A DNA stretch of 64,000 nucleotides, from NCBI GenBank assembly GCA_963768055.1, contig CAVYGN010000001.1, positions 480,001 through 544,000 of the forward strand, given 5' to 3'. Below the pieces are notes generated by a model. That model saw only the letters and a program-made list of their open reading frames with translations, ran no database searches and was not told the DNA's origin. Shown here one piece after another: positions 1 to 9,301 of this stretch. The position numbers and the translations under genes are program-made. The stretch comes from an uncultured Spirochaetota bacterium. Lineage in GTDB: Bacteria > Spirochaetota > Brevinematia > Brevinematales > JAOACQ01. Position 1 is the first letter of the stretch. Each line of letters begins with the position of its first letter.

Positions 1-2
1 CG

Positions 3-326
3 CATGCCACATCCACCTTAATAGGAGATATTAAAGAAGCCGAGGCTATACATAACGTGTTCGGACAGGATATGCCCTGGATATCATCAATTAAATCGAT
101 AGCCGGGCATGAGATGTGGATGGCCGGCGCTTCGCAGGTAATATATTGCCTTCTCATGTCTATCGGGGGTTTCATAGCGGCGAATATAAACTTCAGGGAA
201 CAGGAAGGGGGAACTCCTCAATTAAAAATAGCGGCTGAAACAATTGATCTGAAGCCTGAGATTATGTTGTTGAATTCGGCAGGATTTGGGGGAACGAATT
301 GCTGTTTGATGATCAAAGCTTTTTAA
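3..326 (+). CDS. beta-ketoacyl-ACP synthase, C-terminal part (gene begins before the window)
   Basis: Frame is open from base 3: HATSTLIGD..., IKSIAGHEMWMAGA, NSAGFGGTN, typical KS C-terminal His motifs. Confidence 0.9.
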   Translation, partial: HATSTLIGDIKEAEAIHNVFGQDMPWISSIKSIAGHEMWMAGASQVIYCLLMSIGGFIAANINFREQEGGTPQLKIAAETIDLKPEIMLLNSAGFGGTNCCLMIKAF

Positions 327-1747
327 ATAAATACGATGTTATAGTGATCGGAGCGGGCATCGGAGGCTTAACTTCAGCATTAATCTTAGCGAAAGAAGGT
401 AAAAAAGTCGCCGTATTCGAGAGAGACTCCGATATCGCTCCCTTAATAAGGCCTTATAAAAAAAAGGGTTGTGAATTCAGTCCCGGCCTGCATATCAGCG
501 GCTGGATGGGAGACGGAGAAGCGATATCTTCTTTCCTGAAATTCTTGAATGTTTCGGACGGCGTTGAAAAACAATTAAATGAAAACGGCTATGGCGACAT
601 TGTCGTCGGCCGGAACAAATATCATTTTCCGAGAGGATTTGAAAAAGTCGAGAATGCGTTTTTATCCTATTTTCCCGATTGCGCCGAAGCCGTTCATAAT
701 TATATACGGTTGGTTAAAGAAGTGAACGAGCAGTCATTCTATTTCAATCATTCGCTGATCCCGGGGAAAAACGATAATTACAGCGGTTTTGCCGAGACGG
801 CTAATTATACCCTTAAAGATTGCCTTATACATTATAACGCTTCCCCGGAATTGATCGATATGCTCGGTTTGTTGAGTTATATTCTCATCGGAAGTAAAGC
901 GGATGAAGTACCTTTTGTTATGCATGCATTTGTGCTGGGCGGATTATACAAGTCGCCGGGTTTCTTTACTATCAATGGAATAAATAAATTATTATCGAAT
1001 TATAAGAGGGAATTTGAAAGGCTGGGCGTCGATCTCTTCACCAAAACGGAAATAGCCGAGATAAAAGTAGGAAGTGATAGAAATGTCACGGGTGTAATAA
1101 CGGATTCGGGAGCGGAGTATTTTTCTTCTACAGTAGTCGCTTCTTTTAATCCCAAGCTGTTAAAAGATAAAATCGACACAAGCGCTTTCCGCCAGATCTT
1201 TATCCGGCGGCTGGAAGAGGCGGAAAATACCATAGGCTTGTATGTCGCATTTTTTAAGATTGAAAATAATAAAGACTTTGAGAATTTTGTCTGTTACGAT
1301 AAAGACCTGGATGTCGTAGTCGGCACGACTAAAAATCATTCGGGTGAAAAAAATGAGCAGACGATTTTCAGCGTCTTTATGGCATCCGACGACAGGATCG
1401 CTCCTGCCGGAGCCGATGAGAAAAAGGTCCTGGCCGAAGAGAAATTCTCCTTGATGGAAAAGGTATTATTCAATATGATTCCCGGTTTGAAAGGCAAAGC
1501 CGTGCTATTGGATTATTTAAAACCCTGGTCGTTCGAACGTTATACCAAAACAGTCAACGGATCGGCATACGGTTTAAAGCAAACACTGAACTCGATAGGG
1601 TTCCAGCATAAAGTTCCTATCAGGGGATTGTATTTAGCAGGCCAGGCGATCTATCCGGGTTTCCTTGGATCCATGATTTCAGCGTTCAGCCTGGCTTTCG
1701 TGTTATGCGAAACCGGTGAATTCTGGTCAAAGGTAAAGAATCAATGA
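299..1747 (+). CDS. FAD-dependent oxidoreductase, phytoene desaturase-like
   Basis: N-terminal DVIVIGAGIGG Rossmann motif, GSAYG and GLYLAGQ near the C-terminus; overlaps neighbours in an operon. Confidence 0.85.
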   Translation: MLFDDQSFLNKYDVIVIGAGIGGLTSALILAKEGKKVAVFERDSDIAPLIRPYKKKGCEFSPGLHISGWMGDGEAISSFLKFLNVSDGVEKQLNENGYGDIVVGRNKYHFPRGFEKVENAFLSYFPDCAEAVHNYIRLVKEVNEQSFYFNHSLIPGKNDNYSGFAETANYTLKDCLIHYNASPELIDMLGLLSYILIGSKADEVPFVMHAFVLGGLYKSPGFFTINGINKLLSNYKREFERLGVDLFTKTEIAEIKVGSDRNVTGVITDSGAEYFSSTVVASFNPKLLKDKIDTSAFRQIFIRRLEEAENTIGLYVAFFKIENNKDFENFVCYDKDLDVVVGTTKNHSGEKNEQTIFSVFMASDDRIAPAGADEKKVLAEEKFSLMEKVLFNMIPGLKGKAVLLDYLKPWSFERYTKTVNGSAYGLKQTLNSIGFQHKVPIRGLYLAGQAIYPGFLGSMISAFSLAFVLCETGEFWSKVKNQ

Positions 1748-3003
1748 AGGAAAATAGGGTTGTAATAACAGGGATCGGCGCCGTTTCTCCCTTCGGAAAC
1801 GGGGTTTCCGTCCTCTCTGAAGGGATTTTTTCAAACCGTTCGGGTATTGTCAATATAGGCGCCGAGTGGAAAGAAAGTATATCCGATATGCTATGCGAAG
1901 TCGGCGGCGTCATTAAAGAAGATTTAAAAGAAAAGCGAATTCCCCGCGATTTACGCAGGAATATGGGGAGAACCTCAATCCTTGCCTGTTTATCCTCGGA
2001 AGAAGCTGCCGGAATGGCAGGACTGACTGAAGAACATTTCATGTCGGGCGATTACGGGGTAGCTTTTTCCTCGACAACAGGGAGCAGCAAATCGATTTAT
2101 GATTTTGCCTATAGATTAAAACAGGAAAAGAGCCTTTCCTCCATTAAATCAGGGCAATTTTTCCAGATCATGTCCCACACCACCGCCGCAAATATCGCTT
2201 GTTATTTTAATGTTAAAGGAAGGGTTATTTCGCCCTGCAGCGCATGTTCATCGGCTGCGCAGTCGATCGGGCTGGCATATGAAGCTGTAAAGTACGGCCT
2301 GCAGAAAGGCATGGTTTGCGGCGGAGCGGAAGAACTTCACGTAACTACAAGCGCGACCTTTGATTTGCTCCAGGCGGCTTCTTTTCATTATAACGATAAA
2401 CCCGACGAGACTCCGAAACCCTTCGATAGGGACAGGGACGGCACTGTTTGCGGAGAGGGCGGCGGCGCACTCATTCTTGAAAGCGAAGAGAGCGCAAAAA
2501 AGAGAGGGGCAAAAATTCTCGGGGAGATCGCGGGTTTCTGCACTTTTTCAAGCGGGGAACATATGACCCGCGTGATAGAAAAAGATCTTATTGCAGGAAT
2601 CGAGAGGCTTATAGCCGAATCGGGGATCAAACTTTCTGAAGTCGACTATATAAACGCCCATGGCACGGGAACTATTCTTGGCGACAGCGAGGAATCGAAA
2701 GCCCTGGAAACTGTTTTTAATTCAAAGGGATATAATCCATATGTGAGCAGTCTAAAGGGGCATATTGGACATACTTTGGGGGCAAGCGGCGCTCTTGAAT
2801 TAATTGTCTGTCTCCTGATGATTGAAAAAGGGCGTCTTGTACCCACTAAAAATTTGAAAAACCCCGATGAGAATTGCGGGAAAATAAATTATTTAAGAGA
2901 GTTCATAGACTTCAAACCTAATTTGATAATGAAAGACAGTTTCGCTTTCGGGGGAATAAATTCCATAATAATGTTGAGGAGTTATGATAATGGAAACAAA
3001 TGA
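1744..3003 (+). CDS. beta-ketoacyl-ACP synthase (FabF/FabB family)
   Basis: RVVITGIG, SACSSA (Cys), NAHGTGT, GHTLGA, SFAFGGIN; intact Cys-His-His triad. Confidence 0.95.
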   Translation: MKENRVVITGIGAVSPFGNGVSVLSEGIFSNRSGIVNIGAEWKESISDMLCEVGGVIKEDLKEKRIPRDLRRNMGRTSILACLSSEEAAGMAGLTEEHFMSGDYGVAFSSTTGSSKSIYDFAYRLKQEKSLSSIKSGQFFQIMSHTTAANIACYFNVKGRVISPCSACSSAAQSIGLAYEAVKYGLQKGMVCGGAEELHVTTSATFDLLQAASFHYNDKPDETPKPFDRDRDGTVCGEGGGALILESEESAKKRGAKILGEIAGFCTFSSGEHMTRVIEKDLIAGIERLIAESGIKLSEVDYINAHGTGTILGDSEESKALETVFNSKGYNPYVSSLKGHIGHTLGASGALELIVCLLMIEKGRLVPTKNLKNPDENCGKINYLREFIDFKPNLIMKDSFAFGGINSIIMLRSYDNGNK

Positions 3004-3244
3004 GATTTTTGAGAAAGTAAAAAATGTTTTTGTTGATGAATTTGAAATTGACGGGAAATTGATAACCAGGGAATCTTTGATTTTTGACGAACTGGGATTG
3101 GACAGCCTGGATAGCGTGGATTTGATAGTAGCACTTGAAAAGGCGTTTAATTTTAAAATAGACAGGGCTAACGACGGTCCGGTCATCAATCAGATCAGAA
3201 GTATTCAGGACATTCTGAATTATATAGAAACCAAAAGATCATAA
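2990..3244 (+). CDS. acyl carrier protein
   Basis: LGLDSLD phosphopantetheine motif, ~85 aa acidic protein; start chosen at METNE after GAGGAG. Confidence 0.93.
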   Translation: METNEIFEKVKNVFVDEFEIDGKLITRESLIFDELGLDSLDSVDLIVALEKAFNFKIDRANDGPVINQIRSIQDILNYIETKRS

Positions 3245-3276
3245 TTAAGGCGGCAAACCAGGTTCCGAGGCGATCT

Positions 3277-4584
3277 ATGAATAAAATGCTATGGCAATCC
3301 GATTTTGATTTTCAATATGAAAGCAGGGAGAAATCCGACCTGCTGCAGGAGAATCATTTGATCGAGCATGTGAATTACTGCTTGAAGGAAAGCCCATTCT
3401 ATAATAAACGATTCATGAATTCTATCGGAGAAATTTCGTCTATAAAGGATTTTTCAAAAATCGGCTTCACTTATAAAGGTGATTTATTGAAATATAATTA
3501 TGAATTCTTAGCGGTTAAAGAAGCCGATATTGTCGATACCTGTTTTACTTCGGCGACGGAAGGCACCACTCCCGTTAATTTTCTTTTGACTAAAAATGAT
3601 CTTGACCGTTTGGCATATAATGAGCAAATAGCTTTTCAGATAGCCGGGGTCGGAAGAGAGGATAAAATGGCTGTCTGCGTAGCCCTTGAACGGGGATTCA
3701 TGGCGGGCCTGGCTTATTTTCTGGGCGGGGTCAGGTTAGGCACCCATATGATCAGGGTCGGTTCGTCGGGTTCTCAGCATATCTGGAACATCATTAAAAC
3801 GCAATACCCGACAGTGCTGATAGGAGTACCTTCCGTTCTGGCTAACGTCGCGATTTACGCCATCGATGAGGGCGAGGATCCGGCAGCCTTAAAAGTGAAA
3901 AGGATCCTTGCTATCGGAGAACCTGTAAGGGATAAAGATTTAAAACTCCTTCCCTCGGGAAGGCGCATCGAACAATTATGGAACACGCCACTGTATTCAA
4001 CCTATGCCTCAACGGAAATGTCGACCTCTTTCTGTGAATGCAGCGAGAGACAGGGCGGACATTTTCGGCCGGAACTAATTTATATCGAGCTTGTCGATGA
4101 CGATGGAAACAGGACGGCCGACGGGGAAATCGGGGAAGTGGTCGTTACTCCTTTAGGCGTTCAGGGGATGCCCTTAATGAGATTCAAAACCGGGGATATA
4201 TCATATATCATCAGTGAAAACTGCTCCTGCGGCAGGACTACACGGAGAATTGCCCCGGTTCTGGGCAGAAAATCGCAGATGCTGAAATACAAAGGCACGG
4301 TCGTTTTTCCTAATTCTATTGTTTCTATTGTCGAAGCGAACCCGGATTTTTCGGGGTGTTATGTAGAGGCTTATTCGGCGGAATTCGGGGAAGACCGTGT
4401 AGTAGCTGTTATTTCGCCCGCCGATAATAATTACGACCTTGAAAAACTTAAAGAACAATTCAGGGCCGGGCTTAGGGTAGTACCGGAGCTGAAAATTACA
4501 GGCAAAGACGAACTATTAAAAAAAACACAGCCATCCGGGAAAAGGAAAAGACAAATATATTTTGATATGAGAAAGGAAGAATAA
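3277..4584 (+). CDS. phenylacetate-CoA ligase (PaaK)-like adenylate-forming enzyme
   Basis: YSTYASTE, GEVVVTPL, PLMRFKTGD, CSCGR, GRKSQMLK motifs; P-loop variant TSATEGTTP. Confidence 0.88.
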   Translation: MNKMLWQSDFDFQYESREKSDLLQENHLIEHVNYCLKESPFYNKRFMNSIGEISSIKDFSKIGFTYKGDLLKYNYEFLAVKEADIVDTCFTSATEGTTPVNFLLTKNDLDRLAYNEQIAFQIAGVGREDKMAVCVALERGFMAGLAYFLGGVRLGTHMIRVGSSGSQHIWNIIKTQYPTVLIGVPSVLANVAIYAIDEGEDPAALKVKRILAIGEPVRDKDLKLLPSGRRIEQLWNTPLYSTYASTEMSTSFCECSERQGGHFRPELIYIELVDDDGNRTADGEIGEVVVTPLGVQGMPLMRFKTGDISYIISENCSCGRTTRRIAPVLGRKSQMLKYKGTVVFPNSIVSIVEANPDFSGCYVEAYSAEFGEDRVVAVISPADNNYDLEKLKEQFRAGLRVVPELKITGKDELLKKTQPSGKRKRQIYFDMRKEE

Positions 4585-4585
4585 T

Positions 4586-6178
4586 ATGGACGAGCGGTAT
4601 CAAACTGTTGTTCTTGACGGCAGCAATCTTACGATAGACGATATTGTAGCTATCGGATCGGGCGAAAAACTTGTCGCTTTGAATAAAAGCTCGCTGGAGA
4701 AATGCAGGGCAAGCTGGGAATTTCTGCTTAAAAAAATTAAAGAGGGAAACATTATTTACGGTGTAAATACTTCATTCGGTTCAATGTGCAATAAAATTAT
4801 ACATGAAGATTCTATCGAGCTTCTTCAGGAAAATCTTATCAAAAGCCATGCAGCAGGGTTGGGGGAACCTATAGATCATACCATCGCCATGGCCGCTGTT
4901 GCCGTAAGGCTTAACTCTTTAATCAAGGGTTATTCAGGCGTCCGCGTGGAATTATTGGATTTTATGACCGAGTTGATAAATCATCGAATTGCCCCATATA
5001 TTCCTTCGAGGGGAAGCGTCGGCGCTTCCGGAGATTTAATCCATCTTGCCCACCTGGCTTTAATGATAATCGGGGAGGGGCGGGTTTTCTATAAAGGTCA
5101 ATTAATGGAGGCGGAAGAAGCTTACAGGCTGGCAAATTTAAAGCCTTTTAAACTTGGTTTAAAAGAGGGTATAGCCCTTATAAACGGGACGTCTGTAATG
5201 ACGGCAATTGCCGCATTCGCTGTTTATCAGGCAAAGCAGGCTTTGGCGGTTGAATGCATCGCCGCCGCTTTTTCAATTGAAATATTCAACAGTATCAGCG
5301 ATTTCCTGGATGAAACTCTTCATAATCTTAAGCCTCATCGCGGACAGATAAAGATAGCCCGGATCTTAAGGGAACTGGTCGCAGGATCGAAGAATGTCGT
5401 CAACAGATCCGATCTTCATGAGATTATCAGGGAAGAGTCCAAAGACGGTTCCTGTGTTTTTGAAACCAGCATATTTATCCAGAATGTTTATTCCATAAGA
5501 TGCACTCCGCAGGTCCTGGCCCCGGTTTATGAGGCGGTGGAAACAGCTGAAAATATTGTCGTTCTGGAAGCCAATTCAACAAATGACAATCCGATACTGA
5601 TTCCCGAAGAAAATAAGATCCTCCATGGGGGGAATTTTCATGGCCAGAGCATCGGGTTTTATATGGACAGCCTGGCCATCGCCCTCTCTACAATGTCGAA
5701 TATCTCTGAAAGAAGGCTGAATACATTATTGGACAGCAAGTTAAACGGAGAGCTGCCCGAGTACCTGATCAGCGGAATAAGGGGGCTCGATATGGGATTT
5801 ATGGGAGCGCAGTATCTTGCAACTTCCACTACCGCTGAAAACCGGCAGTTGTCCAATCCGGTCAGCACAAATAACATTTCATGCAATTCATCCAACCAGG
5901 ACGTGGTAAGCATGGGAACGGTAGCTGCGCGTAAAGTGTATACCCAGGTCTGCAATCTGAAGTATATCCTTACCCTTGAAATATTAGCCGATCTGCAGGC
6001 ATTGTCCTTTAAAGATCCTTCTAAAATGGGTAAAGGGATAACCGAATATTATAAAAAACTATCCCCTCATTTTACAGTTTACGACGGCAAGATTGTTTTT
6101 CATAATTTGCTGACGGAATTCCTGGAACTGATATTCGAGAAAGACATACTCAGCCATAGGGATATCTTTAAAATATAA
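4586..6178 (+). CDS. aromatic amino acid ammonia-lyase (HAL/PAL/TAL family)
   Basis: YGVNTSFG, MIO motif GSVGASGDL, KEGIALING, YSIRCTPQ, HGGNFHG, NQDVVSMG. Confidence 0.95.
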   Translation: MDERYQTVVLDGSNLTIDDIVAIGSGEKLVALNKSSLEKCRASWEFLLKKIKEGNIIYGVNTSFGSMCNKIIHEDSIELLQENLIKSHAAGLGEPIDHTIAMAAVAVRLNSLIKGYSGVRVELLDFMTELINHRIAPYIPSRGSVGASGDLIHLAHLALMIIGEGRVFYKGQLMEAEEAYRLANLKPFKLGLKEGIALINGTSVMTAIAAFAVYQAKQALAVECIAAAFSIEIFNSISDFLDETLHNLKPHRGQIKIARILRELVAGSKNVVNRSDLHEIIREESKDGSCVFETSIFIQNVYSIRCTPQVLAPVYEAVETAENIVVLEANSTNDNPILIPEENKILHGGNFHGQSIGFYMDSLAIALSTMSNISERRLNTLLDSKLNGELPEYLISGIRGLDMGFMGAQYLATSTTAENRQLSNPVSTNNISCNSSNQDVVSMGTVAARKVYTQVCNLKYILTLEILADLQALSFKDPSKMGKGITEYYKKLSPHFTVYDGKIVFHNLLTEFLELIFEKDILSHRDIFKI

Positions 6179-6188
6179 GGGGAATTTT

Positions 6189-7082
6189 ATGATGAGCCTG
6201 CCATGCCCGATCCGTGATTTGATACCCCAGAAAGGAAAAATGGGTTTCGATGAAAACCTTATAAAAGTGGAATCGAAAAACGGCGAGGGATCGGCCCTTA
6301 TCAAAGAGGATAATATTTTTTTAAATTTTAATAAAGAATTATCAAATATTGCCCTCATAGAGTTTGTCAATCAGCTTGCCGCGGCTGTCCAGGGATACAA
6401 TGAAAAATCAAATAATAAAAAGCCCGTAAAAGGTTTATTCGTAGGCGTTCAGGAGGCTGAATTTTTCCAAACTGTTAAATCAGGCGATTTACTTACTTTA
6501 ACAGGGTCTGTAACTGAAGAAGTCGCCCAGGTAACCTTTTTAGAGGGTATTATAGAGAGGGACGGGGAAAGAATCACCCGTCTTATAACAAAATTATATG
6601 AAGTCAGCGGCTTATCCGAGTTTGAATCATTGATGAGCCGGGAGCGTCACGAACTGGAAAAGAAGGTTGTTTTATTAAATAAAAATGAGCCGCCTGCCTG
6701 TCTTTCCTCGGACATGCGCAGAAAACTTTATTCCTATATGCAGGGAACGGAAATTGGAAACGATTATATTTCTTTTAAGATTTCCTGCCCGGAGGATTTT
6801 GAGGCGTTTGACGGGCATTTTCCGGGAAACCCCCTATTGCCCGGAATTATGCTCCTGGAGATCGGCAATTTAGCGCTGGAAATCTTTATAAACAGCCCTT
6901 TTGTTATAAATTATATTAAAAAAATGAAAATTGCCGGTATTGTCTTTCCCGGCCAGGCGGTTTCCTGCAATATTAAGATCGACTCGAGAGATGAGTCTAA
7001 ACTTGCATTTTCCGCCTTATTAAAGGGGGAGGACGGCAGGGAGATCTCCCATTATTCCGGATTCGGTAAGGTTTATGGCTAA
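6189..7082 (+). CDS. tandem hotdog-fold 3-hydroxyacyl-ACP dehydratase-like protein
   Basis: N-terminal LIPQ...IEFVNQ hotdog domain and C-terminal FDGHFPGNPLLPG..LLE (FabA/FabZ-like). Confidence 0.8.
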   Translation: MMSLPCPIRDLIPQKGKMGFDENLIKVESKNGEGSALIKEDNIFLNFNKELSNIALIEFVNQLAAAVQGYNEKSNNKKPVKGLFVGVQEAEFFQTVKSGDLLTLTGSVTEEVAQVTFLEGIIERDGERITRLITKLYEVSGLSEFESLMSRERHELEKKVVLLNKNEPPACLSSDMRRKLYSYMQGTEIGNDYISFKISCPEDFEAFDGHFPGNPLLPGIMLLEIGNLALEIFINSPFVINYIKKMKIAGIVFPGQAVSCNIKIDSRDESKLAFSALLKGEDGREISHYSGFGKVYG

Positions 7083-7542
7083 TAGAAGAAATGATAATTA
7101 TTTTTCAGCCGATGAAAAACCCCCCCTTGTTGCAGAATGCCTTCGAAGAGTTCAATTTGACGAAGTGGACTCGCTAAGGATTGTCTGGCATGGAAGATAT
7201 ATCAGTTATTTCGAGCAGGGTCGGAACGAATGGGGCCGGAAATTCGGATTCACCTATAACGATATGGCGGAGAACGGTTTTGCTATGCCTGTTGTAAAGA
7301 TTTATGTCGATTATTTCTATCCCCTTTTATACGACGAATTGTTCAGGATCAGGACAAGCTGCCACTGGACGGAAGCTTCAAAAATGAATATGAGTTACGA
7401 GATTTTTTCGGAAAAAGGCATTCTTGCCGTTAAGGGATATACCGTTCAGCTTTACACGGATTTTACCGGTAAACCCTTGATTTTGAAACCGGATTTTGCT
7501 GAAAGATTTATTCAGAAATGGGATGATTGGCGTTTGAAATGA
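7075..7542 (+). CDS. acyl-CoA/ACP thioesterase (4HBT/YbgC family)
   Basis: RVQFDEVDSLRIVWHGRYISYFEQGR motif. Confidence 0.9.
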   Translation: MANRRNDNYFSADEKPPLVAECLRRVQFDEVDSLRIVWHGRYISYFEQGRNEWGRKFGFTYNDMAENGFAMPVVKIYVDYFYPLLYDELFRIRTSCHWTEASKMNMSYEIFSEKGILAVKGYTVQLYTDFTGKPLILKPDFAERFIQKWDDWRLK

Positions 7543-8633
7543 AGAGAGATGTATTTTTAAATCATTCTGCAGTAATAACCGGCCTGGGGACTCTGGATAG
7601 CACCTGGAAATCGATTCTTGATAATCGATCCGGTATTGTAAAAAAAGATCATTTTAATAATTCTTTGCTGGGAAAAACAGGCTTATCTTTATTTAATAGA
7701 GATTTATCCGGATTTACTCAAAATTTTACCCGGTTTTTGATGGATGAATGCCTGGCGGGCTTTCCCGATTTACCCGAAGATACTTTTATTATATGGACGG
7801 GAATTAAAAATAATGCCGAAAGCATTGAAAATCAATATAATAAGGCCGAAATGCCGCTATATTCTTCCGAGTACGATTTGCGCTGCTGGCTAAGCGGCAA
7901 ATTAGGTTTAAAAAAGGGCGGCATGGAAATAAATGCCGCATGCGCCTCTTCCACGGTTGGAGCGGGCCTCGCAGTTCAATTTATTAAAGACGGTAAGTAC
8001 GATCATATTCTGGTAGCGGGAGCAGATATCGTCAGCCGGTTTGTTTTCTTCGGTTTCGCCGCTTTAAAAGCAATGAGCGAAGACGTCTGTAAGCCATTTG
8101 ATGTGAATAGAAAAGGATTAACGCTGGGTGACGGTGCGGCCGCATTATTTTTTTCGGCGGAAAGGCAATCGGATATATGTTTATCCGGATACTGCATTAC
8201 AAACGACGCCAATCATATTACCGGCCCTTCAAGGGACGGCGCCGGATTGGAAAAAGCCTTGCGCGGCGCTCTGGAAATGTCATGCATGGAGCCTGAAGAT
8301 GTTCAGGCGTTTTGCGCTCATGGGACCGGGACTCAATATAACGATGCAATGGAATTATCAGCCGCAAAGTCATTATTCGGGGATGACATTCCTCCGGTTT
8401 TCGGCGTAAAGGGAGCGATAGGCCACACTCTTGGAGCGGCGGGGGGGATCGAGATCGCTCTATGCGGGAGATGCCTGTCGGAAGGGATATTGCCTCCTAC
8501 CGTAGGGTGTGCAAAGCCCGAGATTTCCAATGTTGTAATGGAAAAAACCGGTTTTCAGGGAAAGAACATACTGACCAGCAACTCGGGTTTCGGCGGGATC
8601 AACGCAGCCGTTATAATGGAAAATATGTCATGA
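7539..8633 (+). CDS. beta-ketoacyl synthase
   Basis: NAACASS, AHGTGT, GHTLGAAG, NSGFGGIN; ATG at 7539 overlaps the upstream TGA (ATGA coupling). Confidence 0.9.
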   Translation: MKRDVFLNHSAVITGLGTLDSTWKSILDNRSGIVKKDHFNNSLLGKTGLSLFNRDLSGFTQNFTRFLMDECLAGFPDLPEDTFIIWTGIKNNAESIENQYNKAEMPLYSSEYDLRCWLSGKLGLKKGGMEINAACASSTVGAGLAVQFIKDGKYDHILVAGADIVSRFVFFGFAALKAMSEDVCKPFDVNRKGLTLGDGAAALFFSAERQSDICLSGYCITNDANHITGPSRDGAGLEKALRGALEMSCMEPEDVQAFCAHGTGTQYNDAMELSAAKSLFGDDIPPVFGVKGAIGHTLGAAGGIEIALCGRCLSEGILPPTVGCAKPEISNVVMEKTGFQGKNILTSNSGFGGINAAVIMENMS

Positions 8634-9298
8634 ATAACGGTAAAAAAATTTATGTGCTGGGCAGCGGCTGGATTTCTTCCTCCGGATACGGTTTGTTCGG
8701 TTCTAAGCCTGTTTTTTCCTACGATTCAGCGGATTTAAAATATCCCGAATTACAGGATTACCTGGCTGAATTGCCGTCCAGATACGGCCGTTTCGATGTT
8801 TATACGAGAACTTGTTTTTCCGCAGCTGTCCTCGCCTTAAATGACGCGGGCCTGCTTCATACAGGAAAGAAGGAGAATACCGGTATTATTGTGGGAAGCC
8901 GGTCAGGGGTTTATGATAACGATATATCTTTTTTTGAGTCTACACTGGAAGAAAAAGGATCATTTTCAAGCCCCAATCTCTTTTCATATACGCTTCCTAA
9001 TGTCGCTCTGGGGGAAATTGCAGTATTTTTTAACTTTACCGGTCCCTCTTTCTGCGTCGGGAATGATCCGGCCCATCCGGGCAGGGATGTTCTTCAATCA
9101 TCGCTTTGTTTACTTGGAACAGGCAGAAACAGAAAAATATTAATCGGATGGGCTGAAACGGCAAAGAGAATTAAAAACGAAGAAAGATTTTATAAAGGGG
9201 CGGCTTTTGCCGTTTTATCTACAGAAAAAACCGATCGCTTAAAAGAAGAACTTGAATTTGAAAATAACATAAACTTTTTAGAATTATTCGGGTGTTAA
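8630..9298 (+). CDS. ketosynthase N-terminal-like / chain-length-factor-like protein without catalytic Cys
   Basis: RYGRFD, SPNLFSYTLPN..LGEIA..F..TGP; start 8630 by ATGA coupling, whereas the ORF track starts at 8462 inside the upstream gene. Confidence 0.8.
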   Translation: MNNGKKIYVLGSGWISSSGYGLFGSKPVFSYDSADLKYPELQDYLAELPSRYGRFDVYTRTCFSAAVLALNDAGLLHTGKKENTGIIVGSRSGVYDNDISFFESTLEEKGSFSSPNLFSYTLPNVALGEIAVFFNFTGPSFCVGNDPAHPGRDVLQSSLCLLGTGRNRKILIGWAETAKRIKNEERFYKGAAFAVLSTEKTDRLKEELEFENNINFLELFGC

Positions 9299-9301
9299 AT
9301 T

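Noticed and set aside
4586..6178. hutH of histidine utilisation
   Set aside because: No other hut genes nearby and the gene is embedded in a lipid operon, so the symbol was withheld
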